A stretch of 17,325 bases of DNA from Atribacterota bacterium (GCA_038203565.1 JBBRDV010000028.1:1-17325), one strand, 5' to 3'; counted from the stretch's first letter, positions 7,585-16,176 are shown. Notes: generated by a model not told the origin, from the letters alone. Numbers and translations: made by a program.

Positions 7585-7942
7585 ATCGCGTCTCCGACTT
7601 GAGTGCCTTGGCTTTGGTGGCAGGTAACCAGCCACACCAAGGACACCCGGTATTTATAAGTTCTTCTGCCGGTACTCGTTTGTTACATTGTGGACATTCT
7701 TCTTTGCCTACCATAGCCTCTTTCCAAGCTACAGTCTGGTAATTGGTACCAGATGGAAACTCCAAACCATATTTGGCAGCAGTCTCAAACGAAGCCAATG
7801 CTGCCCGAATCTTGATACCCAAAAGCTCCACCCCAGCAACAGATATAATGATATCGGCATTTATCACCAGACCTTTATCCAAGATACGGTCTATGACATC
7901 AACTAAAGTACCACTTGTATCCCTTGTCGCCTCCATGACCAT
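7583..7942 (-). CDS. gvpJ: GvpA/GvpJ-family gas vesicle protein with a C-terminal C4 zinc ribbon
   Basis: TLVDVIDRILDKGLVINADIIISVAGVELLGIKIRAALASFETAAKYGLEFPSG is GvpJ-like. C-terminal CPQC-x13-CPWC. Start moved to ATG 7942, 6 nt after AAGGAGG. Confidence 0.88.
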   Translation of the reverse strand: MVMEATRDTSGTLVDVIDRILDKGLVINADIIISVAGVELLGIKIRAALASFETAAKYGLEFPSGTNYQTVAWKEAMVGKEECPQCNKRVPAEELINTGCPWCGWLPATKAKALKSETR

Positions 7943-7997
7943 TTTCTGCCTCCTTCGCTCCACTCAGTTAGATTTATTATTTAGCCGTGCGTTTAAA

Positions 7998-8261
7998 TTA
8001 CTCTTTTTCCATTAAATCCATACGCCTACGCATGGACTTTCGCTCAAAATTCAAAAGGTTTCCATCTTCATCAAGAAGAACTTCATATAAAGCTAAAATA
8101 TCCATCTGATCGGGAATAGAACGTTTCTCTACCATTTCAATAGATATATTCCATCCCTTTTCATCCTTGGTAACCCCTACAGTAGAAGAAGCGGTCAGCC
8201 CGGTCAATTTATTTAACTCCCTACGTGCCTTTTCAATTAAAGTTCCTAATTCCTTTGCCAT
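7998..8261 (-). CDS. gvpO: Gas vesicle protein GvpO (GvpR-like)
   Basis: GWNISIEMVEKRSIPDQMDILALYEVLLDEDGNLLNFERK fits the GvpO motif. Confidence 0.9.
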   Translation of the reverse strand: MAKELGTLIEKARRELNKLTGLTASSTVGVTKDEKGWNISIEMVEKRSIPDQMDILALYEVLLDEDGNLLNFERKSMRRRMDLMEKE

Positions 8262-8263
8262 TT

Positions 8264-8500
8264 TTATTCCTCCGTTTTTTTAATTTCTTTTAACCTTTGT
8301 ATTAATTCTTTTTCTATCTGAAGGTAATCCTTTTCACTGATCTTACCTTCATCTAAGAGCAGTTGAAACTCCTTAAGTTTTTCCATAACTCCTGCTTTGG
8401 TTATCAGTCGCTCTTTATCAACTTCATTTATTATCCCCTCAAGTACCTTTTTTGCCAAATTGAAGGGCAACAACAATAAATCATCAATAATAAAAGCCAT
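8264..8500 (-). CDS. gvpG: Gas vesicle protein GvpG
   Basis: FIIDDLLLLP...LKEFQLLLDEGKISEKDYLQIEKELIQRL. Follows gvpF as in known clusters. Confidence 0.88.
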   Translation of the reverse strand: MAFIIDDLLLLPFNLAKKVLEGIINEVDKERLITKAGVMEKLKEFQLLLDEGKISEKDYLQIEKELIQRLKEIKKTEE

Positions 8501-8514
8501 TTTTTATGCCCCCC

Positions 8515-9258
8515 TTAAAATCCTTTTAATTTTATATTAACGAAATTATAAGGTGGAACAGGACCGACATACTTAAACTTCAATTTATTCTCATATTTTT
8601 GGGCTAATTCGTTCACTCTTTTATCAAAATCTTTTTCTTTATTTTTATCCACTAAGAAAGAGGAGTTAAGGAGCATTTTGATACCTATGGGCTGATTAAG
8701 ACGGCTATCGGTAGCTATTTCCTGAAGAGAACTATAAATATTTTGGACATATTTCTTTTTCCATTCCGTAACTATGGATTCAACTAATTTACCTACCTTA
8801 AGCTTGGAGCTTTGATCTTCCTTTACTGAAGAGTCAACTATTTTCTTCTTGTATTCTTGAAAATCTTTACCTCTACTCTCCATCTCTTTAACTACAGCCT
8901 CCTCTATCCAGAGAACTTTTACTCCTAACTCTATTTTACCCTTAAGCATTTTTAATTCCCGCTTAAATTCTAAATAGTTTTGTCTTAAAAGTTCGGCTAC
9001 TTTCTCCTCATTCTCAGCAATAATTCCGAAACTCATTGGAAGAATAAGATGTTCCTTCACGATTTCTTCAAGAACATGGGTATGAGCTAAAAGATTCTCT
9101 CTGGTAGGGTCGTATTCTATAACCTCTGCCTCACTGAGCACTGCAGCTAAATCCTGATAATTAAATGAATATACTTTCTTTCCATCAATTCCGGTAAAAC
9201 TAAATTCTTTTATTTTTAGTTCTTCTATAAAACCATAGATATATCTACCTACTGGCAT
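8515..9258 (-). CDS. gvpF: GvpF/GvpL family gas vesicle protein
   Basis: GRYIYGFI, PTRENLLAHTHVLE, ILPMSFG, GKIELGVKVLW, MLLNSSFLVD, YVGPVPPYNFV. Start moved to ATG 9258 (AGGAG RBS; aligns with paralogue N-termini). The ATG at 9333 lies inside a palindromic repeat. Confidence 0.9.
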   Translation of the reverse strand: MPVGRYIYGFIEELKIKEFSFTGIDGKKVYSFNYQDLAAVLSEAEVIEYDPTRENLLAHTHVLEEIVKEHLILPMSFGIIAENEEKVAELLRQNYLEFKRELKMLKGKIELGVKVLWIEEAVVKEMESRGKDFQEYKKKIVDSSVKEDQSSKLKVGKLVESIVTEWKKKYVQNIYSSLQEIATDSRLNQPIGIKMLLNSSFLVDKNKEKDFDKRVNELAQKYENKLKFKYVGPVPPYNFVNIKLKGF

Positions 9259-9327
9259 TATCCTTCTCCTTGTCTTTCTTTTTACTTCTCTAGTAGTTCG
9301 TTTTCTAAATATCTTTACATTTTGTTC

Positions 9328-9409
9328 TGTCATTGCGAGGAACGAAGTGACGAAGCAATCCCATGATTTGTAAGGACTTGAGATTGCTTCTCTATCGCTC
9401 GCAATGACA
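9328..9409. repeat. REP/RPE-like palindromic element
   Basis: Perfect 12-bp terminal IR TGTCATTGCGAG...CTCGCAATGACA plus inner IR GAAGCAATC (9352-9360) / GATTGCTTC (9382-9390). Confidence 0.88.
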
Positions 9410-9448
9410 AATTATTGTAACATTATTAAGCAAACGCTCTACTAGACT

Positions 9449-11605
9449 TTATTCTAAATGAGCTTTCAGTGACTTAATTGCTTCTTTAAAGTGCTTTAGG
9501 GAAATCTTAAAGGTGGCGGCATCCTCATTCTTCTTCTCTTTCTTTCCAGCCTTTTTTTTAATAAATTCCCTAATTGCTGCCATAGAAGCCTCCCTACAAA
9601 TAGCCTCAATATCCGCCCCGGTTAAGCCTTCTGTCTCTTCAGCCAAAACAGAAGGGTTCACCTCATCAGGCAGAGGTTTCCCTTGCAGGTGAACCTGAAA
9701 AATCTTCTCCCGACTCTTTTTATCTGGGATCGGAACTTCTAAAATCAAATCAAATCTACCCGCTCGCAGAATAGCCGGATCGATTAATTCTTTTCTATTA
9801 GTAGCTGCTAAAACTATAACACCTTTAAGTTCCTCGATCCCGTCCAGTTCAGTTAGAAATTGGCTAATTACCCTTTCCGTTACCTGAGAATCCCCACTTA
9901 TTCCCCGTTGGGGAACTATGGAATCAATTTCATCAAAAAATAGAATGATAGGAGCAGCTTGCTTTGCCTTACGAAAGAGCTCCCTTACCCCCCGCTCTGA
10001 CTCTCCAATATATTTTGAGATAAGTTCGGGTCCTTTCACCGAGATAAAATTGACCTCACTTTCATTGGCCAAAGCTTTAGCCATCAAAGTCTTTCCCGTC
10101 CCTGGAGGTCCAGATAACAGAATACCTTTTGGTGGTTTAGTATGGGTGTAATCGAATAAATCAGGATATTCTAAGGGCCATTCCACTACTTCGGTCAAAG
10201 TTTCTTTAATCTCTTCCAGTCCACCCACATCATCCCATTTCACATTGGGAATTTCCACAAAGACCTCTCTAATTGCCGAGGGCTCCACCTCTTTCAAGGC
10301 TGCCCTAAAGTTCTCCATAGTAACCTCTAATTCTAAAAGCATTTTATAAGGGATCTCATCTAATTCAAAATCGATATTAGGCAAGATAGTTCGCAAGGAA
10401 TTCATAGCGGCTTCTCGGCATAAAGCTTCTAAGTCAGCTCCTACAAAACCATGGGTAATTTGAGATATTTTTTCTAAATCTACATCTTTAGCTAAAGGCA
10501 TCCCCCGGGTATGAATATGCAAAATTTCCAGACGAGCCTTTTGATCAGGGATACGTATGGAAATCTCCCGATCAAATCTTCCTGGTCTTCTTAAAGCCGG
10601 ATCAAGAACATTGGGAATATTGGTAGCTCCAATAACAATCACTTCACCTCGAGATTCCAATCCATCCATCAGGGCTAATAGTTGAGCCACTACCCTTTTT
10701 TCTACCTGTTTCTCTCCCCCCATCTCTTCCCGCTTGGGAGCAATAGAATCAATCTCATCGATGAAGATGATAGAAGGGGCATTAGCCTGAGCTTCCTCAA
10801 ATACACTGCGCAGACGAGCTTCGCTTTCTCCGTAGAATTTTCCCATAATTTCGGGGCCGCTTATATGGCTAAAATGGGCAACTGTCTCCTGGGCAACTGC
10901 CCGGGCGATCAAAGTCTTTCCACATCCTGGAGGACCATAAAGTAAAACCCCCTTGGGGGGTTGAATACCTAATCTTTCAAAAACTTGAGGGTATTTTAGA
11001 GGAAGTTCGATCATCTCCCTAATTCTTTGAATTTCTTTACCTAATCCACCAATATCTTCATAAGATATCTTTAACTGTTTTCCGGTTACCTCTTTCTCTT
11101 CTTTCATCTTGATGGTAGTACCAGTATGGATAAAAACTGGTTGTTTAGCCGGAATAGTGGAAATCACCACAAAATCAAAGCTCCGTGCACCAAAAAGATT
11201 GGCTCTTATTCTATCCCCCTCTACTAAAGGTAGGCCTTCTAACAGACTACCTAAATATTTAGTATCCTCAGCCCCCCGCATAGACTTCATTAGAGCTAAG
11301 GGGGATAGGACTATCTTATCGGCTAATTTACATTCACATTTTTGAATGCTTACTTTTTCATCTAATCCTGCCTGGGTGTTTTCTCTTAATAAGCCATCCA
11401 TTTGAATAATCCCCTTTCCTCTATCTTCCGGATAGGCAGGCATAATTTTGGCTACTGACTTTCTTTTACCATATACTTCTATTATATCCCCTACTTCTAT
11501 ACCTATTTTTTGGAAATCTGCAGGGTCTATTCTAACTATTGCTCTTCCTACATCTTTGGCTTTTGCTTCTGAAACTTTTAGGGTTAATTCTTTATTTTTA
11601 GTCAT
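9449..11605 (-). CDS. cdc48: CDC48/VCP(VAT)-family double AAA+ ATPase
   Basis: N-domain ([20 protein letters not shown]). D1 [28 protein letters not shown]2 [23 protein letters not shown]. Confidence 0.95.
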   Translation of the reverse strand: MTKNKELTLKVSEAKAKDVGRAIVRIDPADFQKIGIEVGDIIEVYGKRKSVAKIMPAYPEDRGKGIIQMDGLLRENTQAGLDEKVSIQKCECKLADKIVLSPLALMKSMRGAEDTKYLGSLLEGLPLVEGDRIRANLFGARSFDFVVISTIPAKQPVFIHTGTTIKMKEEKEVTGKQLKISYEDIGGLGKEIQRIREMIELPLKYPQVFERLGIQPPKGVLLYGPPGCGKTLIARAVAQETVAHFSHISGPEIMGKFYGESEARLRSVFEEAQANAPSIIFIDEIDSIAPKREEMGGEKQVEKRVVAQLLALMDGLESRGEVIVIGATNIPNVLDPALRRPGRFDREISIRIPDQKARLEILHIHTRGMPLAKDVDLEKISQITHGFVGADLEALCREAAMNSLRTILPNIDFELDEIPYKMLLELEVTMENFRAALKEVEPSAIREVFVEIPNVKWDDVGGLEEIKETLTEVVEWPLEYPDLFDYTHTKPPKGILLSGPPGTGKTLMAKALANESEVNFISVKGPELISKYIGESERGVRELFRKAKQAAPIILFFDEIDSIVPQRGISGDSQVTERVISQFLTELDGIEELKGVIVLAATNRKELIDPAILRAGRFDLILEVPIPDKKSREKIFQVHLQGKPLPDEVNPSVLAEETEGLTGADIEAICREASMAAIREFIKKKAGKKEKKNEDAATFKISLKHFKEAIKSLKAHLE

Positions 11606-11608
11606 ACT

Positions 11609-12184
11609 TTACTCCCTATTCTTATAAATTAAGTAGTCAATCTTAATATCCTTAAGTAAATATTTATATACTTTATGTTCACTACCTATAAATAAAATCC
11701 CAATTTCATCTTTTCTCAAAGTGTTATTTATCCTATTTGCTATGTAACGATCTCTTCTTATAAGTAACTGCTTATTTTCTTCTTTGTATTCCTTTTTAGA
11801 AGAAATAGTTGTTATATTTTTAATATTATTATACTCCTCTAAGAGGAGCTCTTTACTCTCTGTCCCCTCCAATTTAGCCCCTTTATTAATTAATTCTAAA
11901 ATTATCTTATAATTTATACTACCTCTTTCAGCTAATTTTTGGACTATATCTAACTCTTTTTCACAGAGAGGCAATCCATCCTGATATATCCTTACTTTTT
12001 CATAAGTTAATTTTAAACCATTAATTTTAGTTTTTATCCACTGCCAGATTTCTTTTATTAATTTAAGGTGTTCTTCCCATTTTTCTTCTCCAAACTTTAA
12101 TATATATTCCTCTTTTAACCAAAGAGCTACTGAACCCATTTCAAGCTCAGAATGAATTACTGGAATATATATCAGTCTTCTCAA
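11609..12184 (-). CDS. Hypothetical gvp-cluster protein, possibly TraB/ChaN/EreA-like fold
   Basis: TTG start with AGGAGG RBS and tight packing with neighbours. Motifs YIPVIH, IYQDG, RRDRYIANRI, GILFIGSEH. Confidence 0.75.
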   Translation of the reverse strand: MRRLIYIPVIHSELEMGSVALWLKEEYILKFGEEKWEEHLKLIKEIWQWIKTKINGLKLTYEKVRIYQDGLPLCEKELDIVQKLAERGSINYKIILELINKGAKLEGTESKELLLEEYNNIKNITTISSKKEYKEENKQLLIRRDRYIANRINNTLRKDEIGILFIGSEHKVYKYLLKDIKIDYLIYKNRE

Positions 12185-12198
12185 TTTTTCCTCCTGGC

Positions 12199-12729
12199 TT
12201 AAATTTTCTCCAATTTTAGCTCTAACATTCCATTTTTATAAGAAGATTTCATACTTTCTTTCTTTACCTGGGAAGGAAGCAAAACCTCCTTGGCATATTT
12301 TCTTTCTTTATTTTCTGCAGATAGTTTAAGAATATCTCCTTCTAAGTTAATCTTAATATTATCTTCAGAAACTCCAGGCAGCTCAACAATGACTAAAATA
12401 TGATCCTTTTCATTAAATACATCGACTATTGGTTCTCTAACTTCTTCTACCACCGGACCTTTGGCCGTTTTCTTCATATTACCAAAGGTATCGACAATAG
12501 GTTTTCCTCCGGCTAAAGTCCTGATGCTAAAACCATAAATACCTTTTGCCTCTTTAGGTAACCCTTTAATTTCACCAACTTTTTTAATTTCTCCGGCTTC
12601 TTTAGTTACCTTGTCTGCCAGGTTAATCAAGTCACTAATTCCCTTAAATATTCCTCCTAATTTCACTTTTCCCATATCAAAGTCAAATTCTAAGCCTTCT
12701 TTTTCTTCCTTTTTTCCTTTTTCGACCAT
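12199..12729 (-). CDS. Hsp20/alpha-crystallin small heat shock protein (GvpH-like, archaeal-type Hsp20)
   Basis: IYGFSIR...FGN...VEEVREPIVDVFNEKDHILVIVELPGVSEDNI...YAKEVLLP...YKNGMLELKLEK. Confidence 0.9.
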   Translation of the reverse strand: MVEKGKKEEKEGLEFDFDMGKVKLGGIFKGISDLINLADKVTKEAGEIKKVGEIKGLPKEAKGIYGFSIRTLAGGKPIVDTFGNMKKTAKGPVVEEVREPIVDVFNEKDHILVIVELPGVSEDNIKINLEGDILKLSAENKERKYAKEVLLPSQVKKESMKSSYKNGMLELKLEKI

Positions 12730-12749
12730 TTTTTTAACTCCTTTTCGCT

Positions 12750-13499
12750 TTATTTTAGGTTTAAATTTACAAAATTATAGGGTGGGGTTGGCCCAATATA
12801 CTTAAATATCACTCTTGGGGAATACTTGGATACTAATTCATGTACCTGATTATCAAATTCCCTTTCTCGGGCTCTATCCACTAAAAAAACAGTATTTATT
12901 AGCATTTCATCACCTTCCGTTTCATTGAGGTGAAAATTATAAGAGATTCTTTTTAAAACATTTATTATTTCCTTACCTTCCTTATCCCTTTTCACCTCTA
13001 AAGCTGTCTTTACTATTTTTCCTAATTTTATCACATCTTTATAACTTTCTTTAAGAGATTTTTTAGCTATTTTTTCCTTGAGAGACTTAATCTTTTTGTC
13101 TTCATCTACTATCTCCTGAAAAATAACTTTCATCTCTTTCCAGAAAGCCTTTACTCCTAACTCTATCTTATTATCCATATCCTTTAATAAGCTTTTTAGT
13201 TCCAAATATCTTTTTCTTAAAAGACCTCGAACTTCCTCAGCACTACTTGCCACGGTGCAAAATCTCATCGGAAGAACGGTATAATTCTTCATCACCTCTT
13301 CAACAACTTTTTCATGAGCAATTAAATTTTCTTTGTTTATCACATATTTATGTAAGGGGGAGTTGCTAATGACTGCACTGAGATCCTCATAGCCAATGGT
13401 AGATACTATATCTCCTCTTTCACCAATTCCTATGGGGCCAAAGTTTCTTCCCTCATTAGTACCGATGATACAATAAATATATTTACCTTCTTCTACCAT
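12750..13499 (-). CDS. gvpF: GvpF/GvpL family gas vesicle protein
   Basis: GKYIYCII, DLSAVIS, ENLIAHEKVVE, TVLPMRFCT, KIELGVKAFW, YIGPTPPYNFV. Confidence 0.9.
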   Translation of the reverse strand: MVEEGKYIYCIIGTNEGRNFGPIGIGERGDIVSTIGYEDLSAVISNSPLHKYVINKENLIAHEKVVEEVMKNYTVLPMRFCTVASSAEEVRGLLRKRYLELKSLLKDMDNKIELGVKAFWKEMKVIFQEIVDEDKKIKSLKEKIAKKSLKESYKDVIKLGKIVKTALEVKRDKEGKEIINVLKRISYNFHLNETEGDEMLINTVFLVDRAREREFDNQVHELVSKYSPRVIFKYIGPTPPYNFVNLNLK

Positions 13500-13885
13500 T
13501 TTATTTTCTCCTTCCGATGCATCATTTCTTGTTCTAAAGAGAAAATATAACTACGAGGTGACCTTCTTCTCCTTATTTTAGCCCATTCTCGGGCCATTAT
13601 GCTCCGAGCAAGAACTCCCAGGGAAGCCCCATTCAAACTTTTTGGTTTTCCTTCCTCATTCTTTTTTTGAAATTCGGTCATTCCCTGCTCTAACCAATTC
13701 ACTATTCCCTTATCCCTTAGTTTTATTTCCTTATATTCTTTTAAATTAATATTTAATATTTCAAAAAATGAATCTTCTATTTTCATAATTAGCCAGAAGG
13801 CTTTCCCCCTATCTCTGCAAGAATCAGCAGAATCTAAAATGGTAGTTATAGTATATAGTATTACTTGATTAGCAGTGTTTATCAA
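13493..13885 (-). CDS. Hypothetical protein
   Basis: 130-aa ORF filling the gap between gvpN and gvpF and overlapping both (17 bp and 7 bp). No recognised motif; start uncertain. Confidence 0.5.
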   Translation of the reverse strand: MINTANQVILYTITTILDSADSCRDRGKAFWLIMKIEDSFFEILNINLKEYKEIKLRDKGIVNWLEQGMTEFQKKNEEGKPKSLNGASLGVLARSIMAREWAKIRRRRSPRSYIFSLEQEMMHRKEKIKW

Positions 13886-14786
13886 TCAGAACCTGTACTA
13901 AATTTTTAACTTTTGCTTGATTAATACTGCTCCCGATACGACTGGTCTCCGAGGCTAAAATATCCTGGCAAATTTCTCTAAAAATCTTATTCTTAGCATT
14001 TACCAAACCACCTAAAGTGCTTAAGCTTTTAGCAATCATAATACAACCTCGAATAGTAGGCCTAAATTCACATTCTTCGGAAATCCGAAGGCCTCTTACA
14101 ATATCTACAATTTTTGCTGCATCATTAAAAGATAGATTAGACTTACCCTGGGTAATAGCAATCTCTGTATCTCTATCGAAATAATCTAAATCCATAGTAA
14201 TCATTCTATCCCTCAGGGCATCTTGACTTCGGTGAACACCAGCATACTCTTCCGGATTACTGGTAAAGATGGCTATAAAATCAGGGTGAACCTTTAAATA
14301 ATCACCACCTCCCCGAGCAGAGGGTAAACCCATCATTTTTTCTTGTAGAATGGAAAGTAGGACATTATTGGCTTCCGGGCGAGAACGAGTGAATTCATCA
14401 TAAATAAGGATAAGTCCATGCTCAACTGCCACAGTCAAACGATTGTCTACCCAGCTTTTCTGAACATCTTCCTCAGCTTTCATCACCGAATGAATAAAAT
14501 TGTCCACCACTCTCCTGGTGCGATAACCCTGCTCTCCCCCCACTAAATCGGAGGTAGTAAATTCCTCATCTCCATGAATCATAACCACCGGTCGGTCAAT
14601 TATACTGGCTAAATGCAGGGCAAGAGTAGTTTTCCCTGTTCCCGAAGGTCCCCGGAAATGAAGAGGAAAACCAGCTTTAATATACCCTAAAGCTCGCACC
14701 GTTACCTCCTTTACAAACTTGGTTTCCACAAAATTTGGCAGCGCACGAGCTTTCAAAACAGTTGTACCTTTGGTTACCATAATCAT
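13869..14786 (-). CDS. gvpN: Gas vesicle AAA+ ATPase GvpN
   Basis: HFRGPSGTGKT, VVDNFIHSVMK, WVDNRLT, LIYDEFTRSRPEANNVLL, FTSNPEEYAGVHRSQDALRDR. Confidence 0.96.
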   Translation of the reverse strand: MIMVTKGTTVLKARALPNFVETKFVKEVTVRALGYIKAGFPLHFRGPSGTGKTTLALHLASIIDRPVVMIHGDEEFTTSDLVGGEQGYRTRRVVDNFIHSVMKAEEDVQKSWVDNRLTVAVEHGLILIYDEFTRSRPEANNVLLSILQEKMMGLPSARGGGDYLKVHPDFIAIFTSNPEEYAGVHRSQDALRDRMITMDLDYFDRDTEIAITQGKSNLSFNDAAKIVDIVRGLRISEECEFRPTIRGCIMIAKSLSTLGGLVNAKNKIFREICQDILASETSRIGSSINQAKVKNLVQVLIDKHC

Positions 14787-14801
14787 TAATCACCTCTCTG
14801 C

Positions 14802-15200
14802 TTAAAAATCAATCTTTAATTCTTTAAAATTCGAAGGTTTAAAATTCCGGTTAATCTTTTGAGGGGAAGAATGATCTTTTTTCCAACTCCCCTTTTGTAA
14901 TTTTTGTCTTAATTCTATAATCTGTTTATTTTTATTCACGGTCTTGGCTAATTTATCCCTGATTTTTAGGATTTTTTCTTGAGATTTTTTTATAGCCAAA
15001 TCTTGCTGGGCAAATCTTTGTATGTCTTTTTGAATTGTTTGACTTAATTCCTGATCATCTATCAGTGATTCAAGAATCTTTTGCTCTTTTTTGCTTCTGC
15101 ATATAGAATTGGTAGTTCGAATCTTACGTTCGTTTCTATTTTCTAAACCGGTTTTAAAATCTCGAAATGTTTTTATAGCCACTAAACTTTCGTGCTTCAT
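14802..15200 (-). CDS. Basic coiled-coil hypothetical protein (possibly GvpV-like)
   Basis: AGGAGG RBS, adjacent to gvpN, central heptad-like helix and a short hydrophobic C-terminal tail (FKELKIDF). Confidence 0.7.
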   Translation of the reverse strand: MKHESLVAIKTFRDFKTGLENRNERKIRTTNSICRSKKEQKILESLIDDQELSQTIQKDIQRFAQQDLAIKKSQEKILKIRDKLAKTVNKNKQIIELRQKLQKGSWKKDHSSPQKINRNFKPSNFKELKIDF

Positions 15201-15238
15201 ATACCCCTCCTTTATTCGCCTTGCTTATCCAGTTTTTC

Positions 15239-16126
15239 CTATATCATAGGATAATATAAATTCTCTTCTTTTCGGATTTTATTTTCTTCCATAAGTTCCT
15301 TAACGGTTATTATATACCATCTCCAATCTTTTCCCAGCACGGCACCAATTTCAGCAAGCTTTATCCCCTGGGGATGTTTTATAATCAAGTCTAAGGTTTG
15401 TTGTTTTTCGCTCAAATTTTCCTTAATTTTGTTTTGTTCTGGCTTAGGAAGCTCTTTATTTACTATCTTTTTTTCTCGTACCACCGAGAGAGGCTTTACT
15501 CCACTTCTCTTTTCTTGCAGGGTAGAAGCCGTTTGCTGCCAGGACAATGATACCTTCTCTAATTCAGCTCTTAGCTTATCCTGGGTACTGCGAAAATCGT
15601 TCAACATTCCACTTACTTTACTTTTCATCCCCTGATTAAACTTGTTTAAATCATTCTTTAACTCTTTACTCATCTGGCTGTGTGAGACTTTAAAGTCATC
15701 CAAGGTCTTGCTTACCTCTTCTTTTCTATTCTCTACACCTTTAGCTAAATTTTTTCTCTGTTCAAGACTCATTTCTTGTTGGGTGCTATGAAAATCGTTC
15801 AACATTCCACTTACTTTACTTTTCATCCCCTGATTAAACTTATTTAAATCATTCTTTAACTCTTTACTCATCTGGCTGTGTGAGACTTTGAAGTCATCTA
15901 TCATCTTCTGAGTATCCTCTTCGAGATTCTCTTTGTATTTAGATAAATTTTCTCTTTGTTCAAGACTCATTTTTTTATGAACATTTTGAAAATTCTTTAA
16001 CAGATCTCGACTACTCTTTAATGCCTCTTCTGTTTCTTTTTTTATCTGTCCGATCTTTTCTACCCTTACATCATAGGAACCTATAATATCTGCACCTAAT
16101 TTTTCCATCTCTTCTTTAATTCTCAT
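15239..16126 (-). CDS. gvpC: GvpC-like protein with about five 33-aa helical repeats and a C-terminal winged-helix-like domain
   Basis: Exact 33-residue periodicity (LLKNF.., MIDDF.., MLNDF.., TLDDF.., MLNDF..) and position between gvpA and gvpN. C-terminal LDLIIKHPQGIKLAEIGAVLGKDW...VKELMEENKIRKEENLYYP. Confidence 0.72.
   Translation of the reverse strand: MRIKEEMEKLGADIIGSYDVRVEKIGQIKKETEEALKSSRDLLKNFQNVHKKMSLEQRENLSKYKENLEEDTQKMIDDFKVSHSQMSKELKNDLNKFNQGMKSKVSGMLNDFHSTQQEMSLEQRKNLAKGVENRKEEVSKTLDDFKVSHSQMSKELKNDLNKFNQGMKSKVSGMLNDFRSTQDKLRAELEKVSLSWQQTASTLQEKRSGVKPLSVVREKKIVNKELPKPEQNKIKENLSEKQQTLDLIIKHPQGIKLAEIGAVLGKDWRWYIITVKELMEENKIRKEENLYYPMI
15592..15898. repeat. Intragenic 109-bp direct repeat with 198-bp period
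   Basis: 15592-15700 versus 15790-15898; two mismatches seen by eye. Confidence 0.92.
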
Positions 16127-16176
16127 TTTTTTATTTCTCCTTTATTATTAGACTTAACTTAAATTTTTAAAACTCT

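Noticed and set aside
7213..7602. 129-aa plus-strand ORF
   Set aside because: Antisense to gvpK, and its C-terminus (QRSEDRSQRTEVRRQ...SVFCFLFSV) is a translation of the heptamer array.
9259..9333. N-terminal extension of gvpF from ATG 9333
   Set aside because: The ATG is part of a palindromic repeat. ATG 9258 has an RBS and matches paralogue starts.
8917..13167. Shared DNA TTTACTCCTAACTCTAT in two gvpF/L genes
   Set aside because: Explained by the conserved IELGVK motif in paralogues.
1012..15635. All plus-strand ORFs in the track (e.g. 4109-4537, 4935-5258, 9918-10151, 11109-11345)
   Set aside because: They lie antisense to well-supported minus-strand genes, show no recognisable motifs, and read as shadow frames.
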